This document shows positions 1 through 8,220 of a DNA stretch of 27,822 bases, piece after piece (positions within the stretch are counted from its first letter, which is position 1; the number at the start of each line of letters is the position of its first letter). Below the pieces are notes generated by a model that was not told where the DNA came from, did no database searches, and saw only the letters and a program-made list of their open reading frames with translations. The stretch is from a virus (lineage: Duplodnaviria > Caudoviricetes). Both the position numbers and the translations under genes were made by a program. The DNA is taken from IMG/VR virus record IMGVR_UViG_3300050144_000065, positions 1-27,822 of that record; one strand, given 5' to 3'.

Positions 1-3
1 CGC

Positions 4-498
4 TCATGCCAGTGCTGCCTTGAGCTGGGCCACGGCGTCGGCGTACTGTTCGGGCTTGAGTTCGGGGGCCTTGGCCACACCGAAGCCAGACAGCACAGCG
101 GCGGCGGCGTCGCGGCCCTTGTCCTTGGACACCTGGAGCACCAAGGCCTTCACGTCGTCATAGGTGACGGCGGCCACGGAGGTCGATGCCTCGGGCTTTG
201 AGGCAGGCTGTGCAGCGGCGGTCTCCGGTTGTGGGGAAACCGCAGCAGACTTTGGGTCAGGGGTCGCAGCAGTCGAGGCTGGCGCAGCGGCCACCGCAGT
301 GGCGGCAGGTTGGGCTGATTCTTTGGCCGTCTTCGTGGGCGCATCGGTCTTGGCAGTAGCTGGCCCAGACACAGACGCGGCCGCTACTGTTGCAGACTTT
401 GGGCCTTGAGCGGCCGCCGTCAGCGTGAGACCGGCCAGCATGGCCTGCAAAGAGCGCAATGCTTCGGTGTTTTCTTGGATGGCTAATTCGAGAGACAT
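4..498 (-). CDS. Ala/Pro-rich early phage protein with a small C-terminal helical domain
   Basis: 164 aa with AAAGGT SD. It has an N-terminal helix, a low-complexity linker and the C-terminal VTYDDVKALV...FGVAKAPELKPEQY domain, typical of the gene preceding DUF2800/SSB/polA modules. The stop overlaps an ATG (ATGA) at 7 that starts the next leftward gene. Confidence 0.8.
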   Translation of the reverse strand: MSLELAIQENTEALRSLQAMLAGLTLTAAAQGPKSATVAAASVSGPATAKTDAPTKTAKESAQPAATAVAAAPASTAATPDPKSAAVSPQPETAAAQPASKPEASTSVAAVTYDDVKALVLQVSKDKGRDAAAAVLSGFGVAKAPELKPEQYADAVAQLKAALA

Positions 499-507
499 AG
501 TTACCTT

Positions 508-921
508 TCAGGTGGTTACAGGGGTGGGGTTGAAAATCTTGTTCAGCACGGCAATGCCGTCGCTGGTGGCGTCGTCGCGGACTTGGGCAATCTGGTCAGC
601 GATTTGCAACATGGGTTTGAGCGCGTCGGCGCTGTCAACGTCGAACTCAAGGGCGGCTTCCATCACAGCGCGCACCGTGGCTAGGTCAAAGTCGGCGGCA
701 AACTGCAAGGCGTCGCGCACCCGCTCGATGTCTTTGGTGAGGTGGGTTTCCACATCGAACTCTTCCAGCAACTCCAACATGCCGGAATGAATGCCGTTTT
801 CAGCGATGTGCGTTTCAAAGCGGCTTATCAGCTCGCGCTCCAAGTCGGTGGACGTGAGCGGGTCTAGGGCCAGCCCCGCATGGCGGATCAATTCTTCGTC
901 GGTGTGTTTGGCCCAGCTCAT
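508..921 (-). CDS. Hypothetical early protein (about 137 aa, acidic, helical)
   Basis: Start moved to ATG at 921 (MSWAKHTDEEL), which overlaps the stop of the upstream peptide gene (ATGA). The ORF-track start at 966 adds an implausible leader. Confidence 0.75.
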   Translation of the reverse strand: MSWAKHTDEELIRHAGLALDPLTSTDLERELISRFETHIAENGIHSGMLELLEEFDVETHLTKDIERVRDALQFAADFDLATVRAVMEAALEFDVDSADALKPMLQIADQIAQVRDDATSDGIAVLNKIFNPTPVTT

Positions 922-1010
922 AGCGGCATCCAAACAAAGAGGTCGCAGTAAACGACGACTGCGCAAAGCAGGTACGTCGCCGCGAAGGCAATTCGGATAG
1001 GGGAAAACAT
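918..1010 (-). CDS. 30-aa hydrophobic peptide MFSPIRIAFAATYLLCAVVVYCDLFVWMPL, first gene of the PL operon
   Basis: Hand-translated. GGAG SD 7 nt upstream, ATGA coupling to the next gene, one transmembrane-like stretch. Too short for the ORF track. Confidence 0.7.
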   Translation of the reverse strand: MFSPIRIAFAATYLLCAVVVYCDLFVWMPL

Positions 1011-1040
1011 GCGCGGACTCCGGTTGGTGGTGAATGAAAT

Positions 1041-1102
1041 TATGCGTTTTGCGTAATATGAATGTAGTTTAAAGGCATATTTATTTGTGCGTCAAGCGCA
1101 TA
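1041..1102. promoter_or_regulatory. Left operators (OL-like), 17-bp sites with consensus TATGCS-N5-SGCATA
   Basis: TATGCG-TTTTG-CGTAAT (1041-1057), a GGCATA half-site (1074-1079) and TGTGCG-TCAAG-CGCATA (1086-1102). The same motif recurs between cI and cro. Confidence 0.7.
1066..1095 (-). promoter_or_regulatory. Leftward early promoter (PL-like)
   Basis: Minus strand TTGACG-N18-TAAACT in an AT-rich intergenic region, overlapped by operator-like palindromes. Confidence 0.7.
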
Positions 1103-1163
1103 AGCGTTGTATTTGTTTCAATCAGAAATTATTTCTAATAGGTAATTGCTATTTATTGGACGT

Positions 1164-1191
1164 AAAAAAAAGCCCGCTTAGGGGCGGGCTT
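1164..1191 (-). terminator. Rho-independent terminator ending the cI operon
   Basis: Minus strand AAGCCCGC-CCCTAA-GCGGGCTT followed by a T-run, 22 nt past the stop of 1214-1504. Confidence 0.85.
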
Positions 1192-1213
1192 CGCTGGTGG
1201 GGGTTGCGGCGTG

Positions 1214-1504
1214 CTACTTACCGCACTCTTTGAGTTCCCAACGGTCTTTGGCCTTGGCATCCGCGCGGGTCTGCCATTGCAGGTTTTCCACGGCATCAGC
1301 GCCACCGCATGCCAGCGCTTTGATGTGGTCGATCACGTAGCCCGGGCAGGGTAGGCGGTGCTGCCCCGTGGCTGGGCATGCCTGCTGGTTTACGAACGCG
1401 CGCAAAACCTTTTTGCTACGGGCATATTCAGCGCTAGCCCCCGTGGATATTGCGCAAGCAGCTATCAAAAGCAGAGCAAGCGGCCTACTTGTGGTGCTTT
1501 GCAA
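1214..1504 (-). CDS. Exported HNH-like protein (signal peptide plus a beta-beta-alpha-metal-like core)
   Basis: N-terminal RPLALLLIAACAISTGASA (A-x-A cleavage site or IAAC lipobox), then CPATG...CPGYVIDHIKALACGGADAVENLQWQT. The TTG start is uncertain. Confidence 0.75.
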   Translation of the reverse strand: MQSTTSRPLALLLIAACAISTGASAEYARSKKVLRAFVNQQACPATGQHRLPCPGYVIDHIKALACGGADAVENLQWQTRADAKAKDRWELKECGK

Positions 1505-1718
1505 TTTGTCTTCGGGTTTGATAATCCCACCACGCTTGCCGGTAGGCCAATGCCCCGTGATACGCAGAGAAGATCAGGCCGAACGGCCAAAAGCACACCC
1601 AGGCCAAGACATATATCGCAACGCCGTCACCGGGGTTAATTTTGTGTTTCCATGGCAGAGTGGCAAGGCCAATCACCAAGCCAGGAATAACTGCGGCAAG
1701 CCACTCCAGCGCGTTCAT
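1485..1718 (-). CDS. Small membrane protein (2 predicted TM helices, basic C-terminus)
   Basis: 77 aa. The ATG overlaps the cI stop (ATGA). Two hydrophobic stretches. Confidence 0.75.
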   Translation of the reverse strand: MNALEWLAAVIPGLVIGLATLPWKHKINPGDGVAIYVLAWVCFWPFGLIFSAYHGALAYRQAWWDYQTRRQIAKHHK

Positions 1719-2332
1719 ACATCCATCTCCACTCGTTTGACCACCCCGCAGAATACTGCATCGGGCTTCACTTCCATGATGGGATAGCGGGAGTTCAGCG
1801 GCTTGAGGTAGCGGGTGTTGCCGTCCACCATGAGCTGCTTGAATGTGGCTTCGCCGCCGTTGTGCCTGACGATGACGAATGCGCCTGGTTCCGGGTTTTC
1901 GTCCGGCTCCACAATGAGGATCGCGCCCTCTGGGAACTTGGGTTCCATGCTGTCGCCGCGCACCCTGAGCGCGTAGGTGTGCTTGCGCACCCGGTATGTC
2001 GTAGGAATACGCTCGCCCTCCCCAGGGTGCAGATTGTCAATAACGTCGTTCCAGTGGCCTGCCTGTACCCACGATATGAGGGGTACGGTGCCTTTTATTT
2101 CTGGTGCGGTCTCGACGTTGCCGGTCTCGGCCATCAAGAACAAGTCGGATACCGATACCCCAAGGGCATCGGCCAACGGTTCTAGGCGGTCAAAGTCCGG
2201 GGCGTTAATGCCTGACTCGTAGCGGGATATGTTCCCGCTGGCCACGCCAATGCTGTCCCCGAGCTGGGTCTGAGTTAGACCCTTGCTGGCGCGTAGCTGT
2301 TTTATGACTTGGCCAAGTTCTTCTTTTTTCAC
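1715..2332 (-). CDS. cI: Phage repressor, XRE HTH plus S24 (LexA-type) autopeptidase
   Basis: HTH LTQTQLGDSIGVASGNISRYESG, Ala-Gly cleavage site VQAG, catalytic Ser (GDSMEP) and Lys (ATFKQL). Divergent from a small HTH gene. Confidence 0.95.
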   Translation of the reverse strand: MKKEELGQVIKQLRASKGLTQTQLGDSIGVASGNISRYESGINAPDFDRLEPLADALGVSVSDLFLMAETGNVETAPEIKGTVPLISWVQAGHWNDVIDNLHPGEGERIPTTYRVRKHTYALRVRGDSMEPKFPEGAILIVEPDENPEPGAFVIVRHNGGEATFKQLMVDGNTRYLKPLNSRYPIMEVKPDAVFCGVVKRVEMDV

Positions 2333-2338
2333 GCTTCG

Positions 2339-2367
2339 TTTATATAACTATGTTGCGTTTAGCGCAA
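2339..2367 (-). promoter_or_regulatory. PRM-like promoter, probably giving a leaderless cI mRNA
   Basis: Minus strand TTGCGC-N17-TATAAA, then 6 nt and the GTG start. No SD upstream. Confidence 0.6.
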
Positions 2368-2415
2368 CTTCAAATAAGGCATAAGTTATTGCTCTAATTA
2401 TGCGTTTATGGCAGA
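2352..2415. promoter_or_regulatory. Right operators (OR-like)
   Basis: GTTGCG-TTTAG-CGCAAC (2352-2368), a GGCATA half-site (2378-2383) and TATGCG-TTTAT-GGCAGA (2399-2415). These match the OL sites. Confidence 0.7.
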
Positions 2416-2417
2416 AT
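2389..2417 (+). promoter_or_regulatory. Rightward early promoter (PR-like)
   Basis: TTGCTC-N17-CAGAAT with an extended -10 TG. The spacer is covered by an operator. Confidence 0.5.
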
Positions 2418-2448
2418 TTGAAACATTGCGATTTATCAAAGGAAAAAC

Positions 2449-2679
2449 GTGCATAGCCCACTCAAACAAGCCCGTCTTCGTCGCAACGCGACACTGACCG
2501 AAGTTTCCCTTGCCGTCGGCACCGATAACGGCAACCTCTCCCGCATCGAAAACGGCCTGCAAAAGGCCCGTCCCAAGCTGGCCGAGAAGCTGGCCCGTTA
2601 CTTCGGCCACGAGATTACCGAAATTCAAATCCTGTACCCCGAGCGGTACAGCCCTGCGGACGCAGGGGCAGACGCATGA
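2449..2679 (+). CDS. cro: Cro-like XRE HTH regulator
   Basis: 76 aa, HTH TLTEVSLAVGTDNGNLSRIENG, C-terminal ILYPERY, AAAGGA SD, divergent from cI. Confidence 0.88.
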   Translation: MHSPLKQARLRRNATLTEVSLAVGTDNGNLSRIENGLQKARPKLAEKLARYFGHEITEIQILYPERYSPADAGADA

Positions 2680-3618
2680 TGGTTCGGAAAGACATCATTC
2701 ACCTTGTCAGTGTGAGCGGGGGGAAAGACAGCACGGCCACGTTGTTGCTGGCACTCAAGCAGTTCCCGAAAAGCACCCATGCGGTGTTTGCTGACACCGG
2801 CAACGAGCACGAAGCCACCTACGAATATCTGGACTACCTGGAACAGGCCCTTGACCTCAAAATCCACCGGCTCAAGCAGGACTTCACCGCCTGGTGGTGG
2901 CGCCGTCGGGACTACGTGCGCGACAAGTGGCCAGAGAAGGGCGTGCCCAGCGATTGCGTGGCGCGCGCTGTGGCGATTCTGGAGCAAGGCCCCACCGGCA
3001 ACCCCTATTTGGATTTGTGCATGCTCAAGGGCCGGTTCCCTTCGCGCATGGCGCAGTTCTGCACGCAGTTCCTCAAGACCGAGCCCCTGACCGAATTTGC
3101 TTTGGGCCTAGTTGATTTGACCGACGACGACGTGTGGTCGTGGCAGGGTGTCCGCCGTGACGAATCAGCCAGACGTGCCAACGCATTGGGCTTTGAAAAC
3201 ATAGGGGGGGGGTCTCTTCGCGTTTCGGCCCATAGCTGGCTGGACGGCTCAGGAGACCGTGGACTTCGTGCGCTCTTGCGGTGTGCAGCTCAATCCGCTG
3301 TACGCCCAGGGCATGTCGCGCGTCGGGTGCATGCCCTGCATCAATGCCAGCAAGGACGAGCTGGCCGAAATTGCCCGACGTTTTCCCCAGCACATCGCCC
3401 GCATTGCAGAGTGGGAATCGTTGGTTGCGCAGGCCTCGAAACGGCAAGAGTCGTCATTCTTCCCGGCACCCACGAAGGACAACCGGGGCGAGCTGCGCGG
3501 CAACAACATCCATTCGGTGGTGCGCTGGGCCAAGACATTCAGGGGCGGCAAGTTGGCCAACCCCGAGTGGGACGAACCCGCGCCAGCATGCGCATCCTCT
3601 TACGGGCTCTGCGAGTGA
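2676..3618 (+). pseudogene. PAPS-reductase (CysH/DndC-like, PP-loop) family protein, frameshifted at a G9 tract
   Basis: N-half motifs SVSGGKDS, DTGNE, QFCTQFLK and GVRRDES lie in one frame. C-half motifs RPIAGWT, NPLYAQGMSRVGCMPC and CASSYGLCE lie in another. Removing one G from 3204-3212 restores a 313-aa protein. Confidence 0.88.
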
Positions 3619-3637
3619 CCTGCAATTGAAATTCACG

Positions 3638-5701
3638 ATGTCCCAACAAGAACAACCCCCAACGATTCGCCCGTTTAACGGCGACAACATCCCTGCCACG
3701 CTCAAGGCCTCACAGCGCTGGGCACCATGGCGTGCCGTGTGGAACGTCAAGCGTCAGAAGTTTGACAAAATCCCGGCCCACGCCAAGCCGCCGTACCACG
3801 GCATCAGCACGGCCAAGCCCGAGCGCTGGAGCACGTACGAGGTGGCACTCAAGGCCCACACCGATAACCCCGGTGTATTCGGCGGCTTGGGCTACGTCAT
3901 GACCACACCCCACGGTGTGGTGGGCGTTGACCTTGATAACTGCGTGGCTGACAACACCATCGCGCCATGGGCGCAGGAAGTGATTGACCGGCTGGACAGT
4001 TACACCGAGCTGTCCCCGTCGGGCAACGGCCTGCGCATCCTGGTGGACGGCACCATCCCTAACGACTGGACCAACCACGAGGTGGGCATCGAGGTGTACG
4101 GTGGCCACGAGCCGCGCTTCCTGACCGTCACCGGCCAGCGGCTCAAGGTCAGCCCCCACGCGGTGCAGGCCTCGAACCCCGACGTGCTGGACGCCCTTAC
4201 GGCCCAGTACGCCAAAGTCAAGACAGCGGCCACGGCCATTACGCTGGAGCTGCCCGACATCCTGGACGACATGGTGCTGCCATCCTTGGACAGCCTGCCA
4301 CTGCCCACCAGCGTGCAGGCCTTCCTCACACTGGGCGACCATGGCGGCGACCGCTCGCGCGCGCTGTTTGCGGCGTCGGTGGGGCTGTATAACGCTGGCC
4401 TCAACGACGAAGAGGTGTTCAGCATTCTGGCCTTGAACCCGTTTGCGTTCGAGGTGGCACTGGATCACCGACGCCAGGACAGCGACCGCGCCTTGATGTA
4501 CCTATGGGTGGAGCACTGCCAGAAGGGCAAAGCCAAGTCCACACCCGTGGCCAGCCTTGCCGACTTCGAGAATCTGGCACCAAATACACCGCCAGCACCC
4601 GCCGAATGCGCGCCGCCAGCTATGGAAAACATAGCGGATGATTTTGACGTTGTAGAGGATGTGAGCCCAGTTCACACCCCTGCACCACCCAAGCACCGCT
4701 TCGAGGTGGTACCGGCCAGCACGTTTGCCGGTGGCAAGCCCCCGAGCTGGATCGTCAAGGGCGTGCTGCCCGAGGCCGAGCTGATTGTGCTGTTCGGCGA
4801 GTCAGGTTCTGGCAAGTCGTTCATGGCCTTGGACTTGGCCGCATCCATCGCGCGCGGCATTGCGTGGCGCGGTCACAAGGTCAAACAGGGCCGTCAGGTC
4901 TACATCGCAGCCGAGGGCGCCGGGGGCTTTCGCAACCGGCTCAAGGCCTACGCAGCGGCCCACGAGCTGGACCTCTCCACCCTGGACTTGGGCGTGATCA
5001 AGGCCGCACCTAACTTTATGGTCAAGGACGACGCGCTGGACGTGTGCAAAGCCATCATTGCGGGCGGGCCGGTGTCGGTGGTGTGGGTTGATACCTTCGC
5101 CCAGGTGATGCCTGGTGCCAACGAGAACGCGGGCGAGGACGTGGGCAAGGCCTTGCAGCACTGCAAGGGGATACACAAAGCCACGGGCGCGGTGGTGGTG
5201 CTGGTGCACCACGCAGGCAAGGATGCCAGCAAGGGGGCGCGGGGCTGGTCAGGCCTGCGCGCAGCCGCTGACGCCGAGCTGGAGGTGCGTAGCGAGGACG
5301 ACGGTGCCCGTGAGCTGCGCATCACCAAACAGAAGGACGGCGAGGACGGGCTGGTGTTTGGCTTTCGCTTGGCCAGCGCTGTCATTGGCCTGGACGAGGA
5401 CGACGAGCCCATAACGTCGTGCACGGTGGTGGACGCCGCGCCCATCGAGAAAAAGAAGGGCGGTGCCGGTGCCAACAAGAACGGCGGCAAGTGGGCAGCT
5501 CGTGTGCTGGAGGTGCTGGGCGAGTTCACGCTGGTGCAGACCACGGGCATCGAAAAGAAGGCGGTCATTGACGAGGTGGTGCGCAGGTCGCCCGAAGACC
5601 CGGACAACAAGCGGTCAGCAAGCCGTGCTTTGAACAAACTTTTGGCCGACGACGAGAGCGAATACGTCTTTGAAGACGGTTGTATTTCGTTGATTGAGTA
5701 A
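3638..5701 (+). CDS. Primase-polymerase (AEP, NrS-1-like) fused to a RecA-like/AAA_25 helicase
   Basis: GVDLDNC, YTELSPSGNGLRI and IEVY...RFLTVTG primase motifs. Walker A FGESGSGKS, VWVDTF, VHHAGKD, RGWSGL. Start taken as ATG 3638 (687 aa), because the ORF-track extension to 3281 overlaps the upstream gene. Confidence 0.9.
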   Translation: MSQQEQPPTIRPFNGDNIPATLKASQRWAPWRAVWNVKRQKFDKIPAHAKPPYHGISTAKPERWSTYEVALKAHTDNPGVFGGLGYVMTTPHGVVGVDLDNCVADNTIAPWAQEVIDRLDSYTELSPSGNGLRILVDGTIPNDWTNHEVGIEVYGGHEPRFLTVTGQRLKVSPHAVQASNPDVLDALTAQYAKVKTAATAITLELPDILDDMVLPSLDSLPLPTSVQAFLTLGDHGGDRSRALFAASVGLYNAGLNDEEVFSILALNPFAFEVALDHRRQDSDRALMYLWVEHCQKGKAKSTPVASLADFENLAPNTPPAPAECAPPAMENIADDFDVVEDVSPVHTPAPPKHRFEVVPASTFAGGKPPSWIVKGVLPEAELIVLFGESGSGKSFMALDLAASIARGIAWRGHKVKQGRQVYIAAEGAGGFRNRLKAYAAAHELDLSTLDLGVIKAAPNFMVKDDALDVCKAIIAGGPVSVVWVDTFAQVMPGANENAGEDVGKALQHCKGIHKATGAVVVLVHHAGKDASKGARGWSGLRAAADAELEVRSEDDGARELRITKQKDGEDGLVFGFRLASAVIGLDEDDEPITSCTVVDAAPIEKKKGGAGANKNGGKWAARVLEVLGEFTLVQTTGIEKKAVIDEVVRRSPEDPDNKRSASRALNKLLADDESEYVFEDGCISLIE

Positions 5702-5706
5702 AAAAT

Positions 5707-5932
5707 TACATGCAAATTTTTACACGGTCATTTGTGGCAAGCAGGGGCAAGCAGCTATTTTTTGCATGTCCTGCCACATGGTGCAGTCTGGAAAGTGTGG
5801 CAGGCAGGGTCAGGTGTCTAAGAGACCTGACCTGCTTGCCACACAAAGACGGGGCCGTGACTTTGGGAATGCGTAATTTTTTACATGCTCTGGGCTTTTG
5901 GTGCGGGTTTGGTGAATGTGCAAATTTTTACA
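5707..5932. repeat. Non-coding repeat and hairpin cluster, candidate replication origin
   Basis: TGCAAATTTTTACA at 5711 and 5919 with a variant at 5870. TGTGGCARGCAGG at 5733 and 5796, inverted at 5770 (partial) and 5831. Long imperfect hairpin 5795-5844. Confidence 0.65.
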
Positions 5933-5942
5933 AGGTGGTGGC

Positions 5943-6182
5943 ATGAACATCAGAACCGTGGGCGTGAACGACATTGGCAGGCGGGTGGGGGATAGTCACC
6001 ACAATGCCAAGCTGACCGATGCGGACGTGGAACGGCTATTGGCCATGCACGACGAGGGGTGGGGATACCGCAGGCTGGCCGCGAAATTTGAGGTGAGCAA
6101 GTCGCTGGTGCGCAAGATTTGCAAGGGCACGGTGCGGGGCCAGGTGGCCACCGATTGGCACCGGGTGCACGTAAGGGCGTGA
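5943..6182 (+). CDS. Small HTH DNA-binding protein, candidate late-gene regulator
   Basis: 79 aa from ATG 5943 with AAGGTGG SD. GDSHHNAKLT motif followed by HTH GYRRLAAKFEVSKSLVRKIC. Confidence 0.8.
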   Translation: MNIRTVGVNDIGRRVGDSHHNAKLTDADVERLLAMHDEGWGYRRLAAKFEVSKSLVRKICKGTVRGQVATDWHRVHVRA

Positions 6183-6196
6183 GGTGGCGGCATTGT
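6164..6196 (+). promoter_or_regulatory. Late promoter motif, copy 1 (terS)
   Basis: GGTGCACGTAA-N16-CATTGT, then 7 nt to the terS ATG. Confidence 0.7.
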
Positions 6197-6203
6197 TGCG
6201 GGC

Positions 6204-6674
6204 ATGTATGCAGACCGCGAAACCCTTGTCACCGAAATTTGTGCCCGTATCAGCACGGGTGAGCCGCTGGCTCAGATTTGCCGCGACGTGCACATGCCTG
6301 ATCGCACGGTTGTCTATGACTGGATCAATCAAGACGAGAGTATTTCCCAACGCTTCGCGCATGCGCGTAGCCTTGGCTTTGACGCCATTGCCGACGAGTG
6401 CCTGGTCATTTCCAACACACCCCAGGTGGGCGTCGAGGAAAAGGTAACGCCAGCGGTTCGCAACCAACAGGGCGACGTGGTGGTGCCCGAGTCCATTGAG
6501 CTCAAGCGTGGTGACATGCTTGGCCACCGCAAACTGCAAATCGAGACCCGGCTGAAACTCTTGGCCAAATGGGACCCGAAGCGCTACGGCGAGAAGCAAC
6601 AGGTGGAGCACAGCGGCACCATCGATTCGGCCACCACCATCATCGAATCGCGCAAACGCAGTGGCCGAAGCTAA
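6204..6674 (+). CDS. terS: Terminase small subunit (Sf6 gp1-like)
   Basis: ICARISTGEPLAQIC...MPDRTVVYDW and RKLQIETRLKLLAKWDPKRYGEK motifs. Directly upstream of terL. Confidence 0.92.
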   Translation: MYADRETLVTEICARISTGEPLAQICRDVHMPDRTVVYDWINQDESISQRFAHARSLGFDAIADECLVISNTPQVGVEEKVTPAVRNQQGDVVVPESIELKRGDMLGHRKLQIETRLKLLAKWDPKRYGEKQQVEHSGTIDSATTIIESRKRSGRS

Positions 6675-8217
6675 CTACGAGTTGATGCTGGCCCAGGACA
6701 TGGGCCAGTTCTTTGACGATCCGCTAGGCTTTGTGCTCTACGCTTTCCAGTGGGACACCGACCCAGCCCTGCAAGTCGTGGAGCTGCCCAGCCCCTGGAA
6801 CTTGATCTACCCCAGCAAGTACGGGCCTGACGCGTGGGCCTGCGAGTTCCTGGACAACCTAGGGCGCCAGGTGCGCGAGCACGACTTCGATGGCCGCACG
6901 CCGGTACCTGCCATCATGGAAGCCATCAGCTCGGGCCACGGTATCGGCAAGAGCGCCATGGTGGGCTGGCTGGTGTGCTGGATCATGTCCACCCGGCCCT
7001 ATGCCCACGGCACGGTAACGGCCACCACCAGCGACCAGCTCTCCAGCAAGACGTGGGCCGAGATTGCCAAGTGGAACAAGCGCTCAATCACCGGCCACTG
7101 GTTTGACATCACCACCGGCAAGGGTGCCATGCGCATGGTGCACAAGCAGCACCGCGAGTCGTGGTTTTGTGCGGCCCAGACCTGCCGCGAAGAGAACAGC
7201 GAAGCCTTTGCCGGTCAGCACGCGGTCAACAGCACATCGTTCTACATCTTCGACGAGGCCAGCGGCGTGCCCAACAAGATTTGGGAAGTGTCCAAGGGGG
7301 GCATGACCGACGGCGAGCCGATGTGGTTTGCGTTCGGCAACCCCACGCGCAACACCGGGGCCTTTGCTGATTGCTTCGGTGGCCAGCGCCATCGGTGGCA
7401 CGGCCAGCACATTGACAGCCGCAGCGTGGCCATCACCAACAAGACGTTGCTGGCCGAATGGGTCAAGGACTACGGCGAGAACAGCGACTTCGTGAAGGTG
7501 CGCGTGCGGGGCGTGTTCCCCAATGCGTCCAGCCTGCAATTCATTCCGCGCGAGCTGGTCGAGGAAGCCATGGCGCGCCAGCCTGCCGCCGAACGCTTCA
7601 TTGGCCGCACCGCTGCCATCGGCGTGGACGTGGCCCGCTTCGGTGACGACCAGTCGGTCATCCGCACCCGCGTGGGCCGTGACGGCGTGGGCATCCCGCC
7701 CAAGCGCTTTCGGGAGCTGGATACCATGCAGCTCGCCAGCAAGGTGGCCGAGCACATCGACTACATCAAGACGCTGGGCATGACGCCGGTCGTGTTCATT
7801 GATGGCGGCGGTGTCGGTGGCGGCGTGGTGGACCGGCTGCGCCAGCTCAACCACGACGTGGTGGAAGTGCAGTTCGGTGGCAAAGCGGACGATCCCAAGA
7901 AGTACCTCAACAAGCGCGCCGAAATGTGGGCGCGCACCAAGGCATGGCTGGCCATTGGCTGCCTGACCAAGCACGAGGCCATGGTCACCGACCTGACCAG
8001 CGTCGAGTACCAGTACACCGCAGCCGACCAGATACAGCTTGAAAGCAAAGAGCACATGAAGGCGCGGGGGCTGGCCAGCCCCGACGACGGCGACGCGCTG
8101 GCCCTGACCTTTGCCTACCCGGTGCCCGAGTACCAACTGCCCAAAGAGGACAGCGGTGCACGTAACACCAACAGCCGCCGCGAATATGACCCCTACGAAT
8201 CATTGAACCGGGGCTAA
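6661..8217 (+). CDS. terL: Terminase large subunit
   Basis: Walker A SGHGIGKS, Walker B YIFDEAS, FGNP, nuclease motifs GVDVARFGDD and SPDDGDAL. Confidence 0.95.
   Translation: MAEANYELMLAQDMGQFFDDPLGFVLYAFQWDTDPALQVVELPSPWNLIYPSKYGPDAWACEFLDNLGRQVREHDFDGRTPVPAIMEAISSGHGIGKSAMVGWLVCWIMSTRPYAHGTVTATTSDQLSSKTWAEIAKWNKRSITGHWFDITTGKGAMRMVHKQHRESWFCAAQTCREENSEAFAGQHAVNSTSFYIFDEASGVPNKIWEVSKGGMTDGEPMWFAFGNPTRNTGAFADCFGGQRHRWHGQHIDSRSVAITNKTLLAEWVKDYGENSDFVKVRVRGVFPNASSLQFIPRELVEEAMARQPAAERFIGRTAAIGVDVARFGDDQSVIRTRVGRDGVGIPPKRFRELDTMQLASKVAEHIDYIKTLGMTPVVFIDGGGVGGGVVDRLRQLNHDVVEVQFGGKADDPKKYLNKRAEMWARTKAWLAIGCLTKHEAMVTDLTSVEYQYTAADQIQLESKEHMKARGLASPDDGDALALTFAYPVPEYQLPKEDSGARNTNSRREYDPYESLNRG
8155..8187 (+). 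promoter_or_regulatory. Late promoter motif, copy 2 (inside the 3' end of terL)
   Basis: GGTGCACGTAA-N16-GAATAT upstream of 8221 and the portal gene. Confidence 0.65.
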
Positions 8218-8220
8218 ACC

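Noticed and set aside
3213-3629. C-terminal part of the 317-aa ORF as a genuine protein tail
   Set aside because: Off-frame read-through after the G9 tract. The family motifs are in the other frame.
3281-3637. N-terminal extension of the primase ORF
   Set aside because: Overlaps the conserved C-half of the PAPS-reductase-like gene and has an Arg/Pro/Ser-rich off-frame composition.
5694-5946. Short ORFs across the repeat region
   Set aside because: No RBS, atypical codons, and better explained as non-coding repeats.
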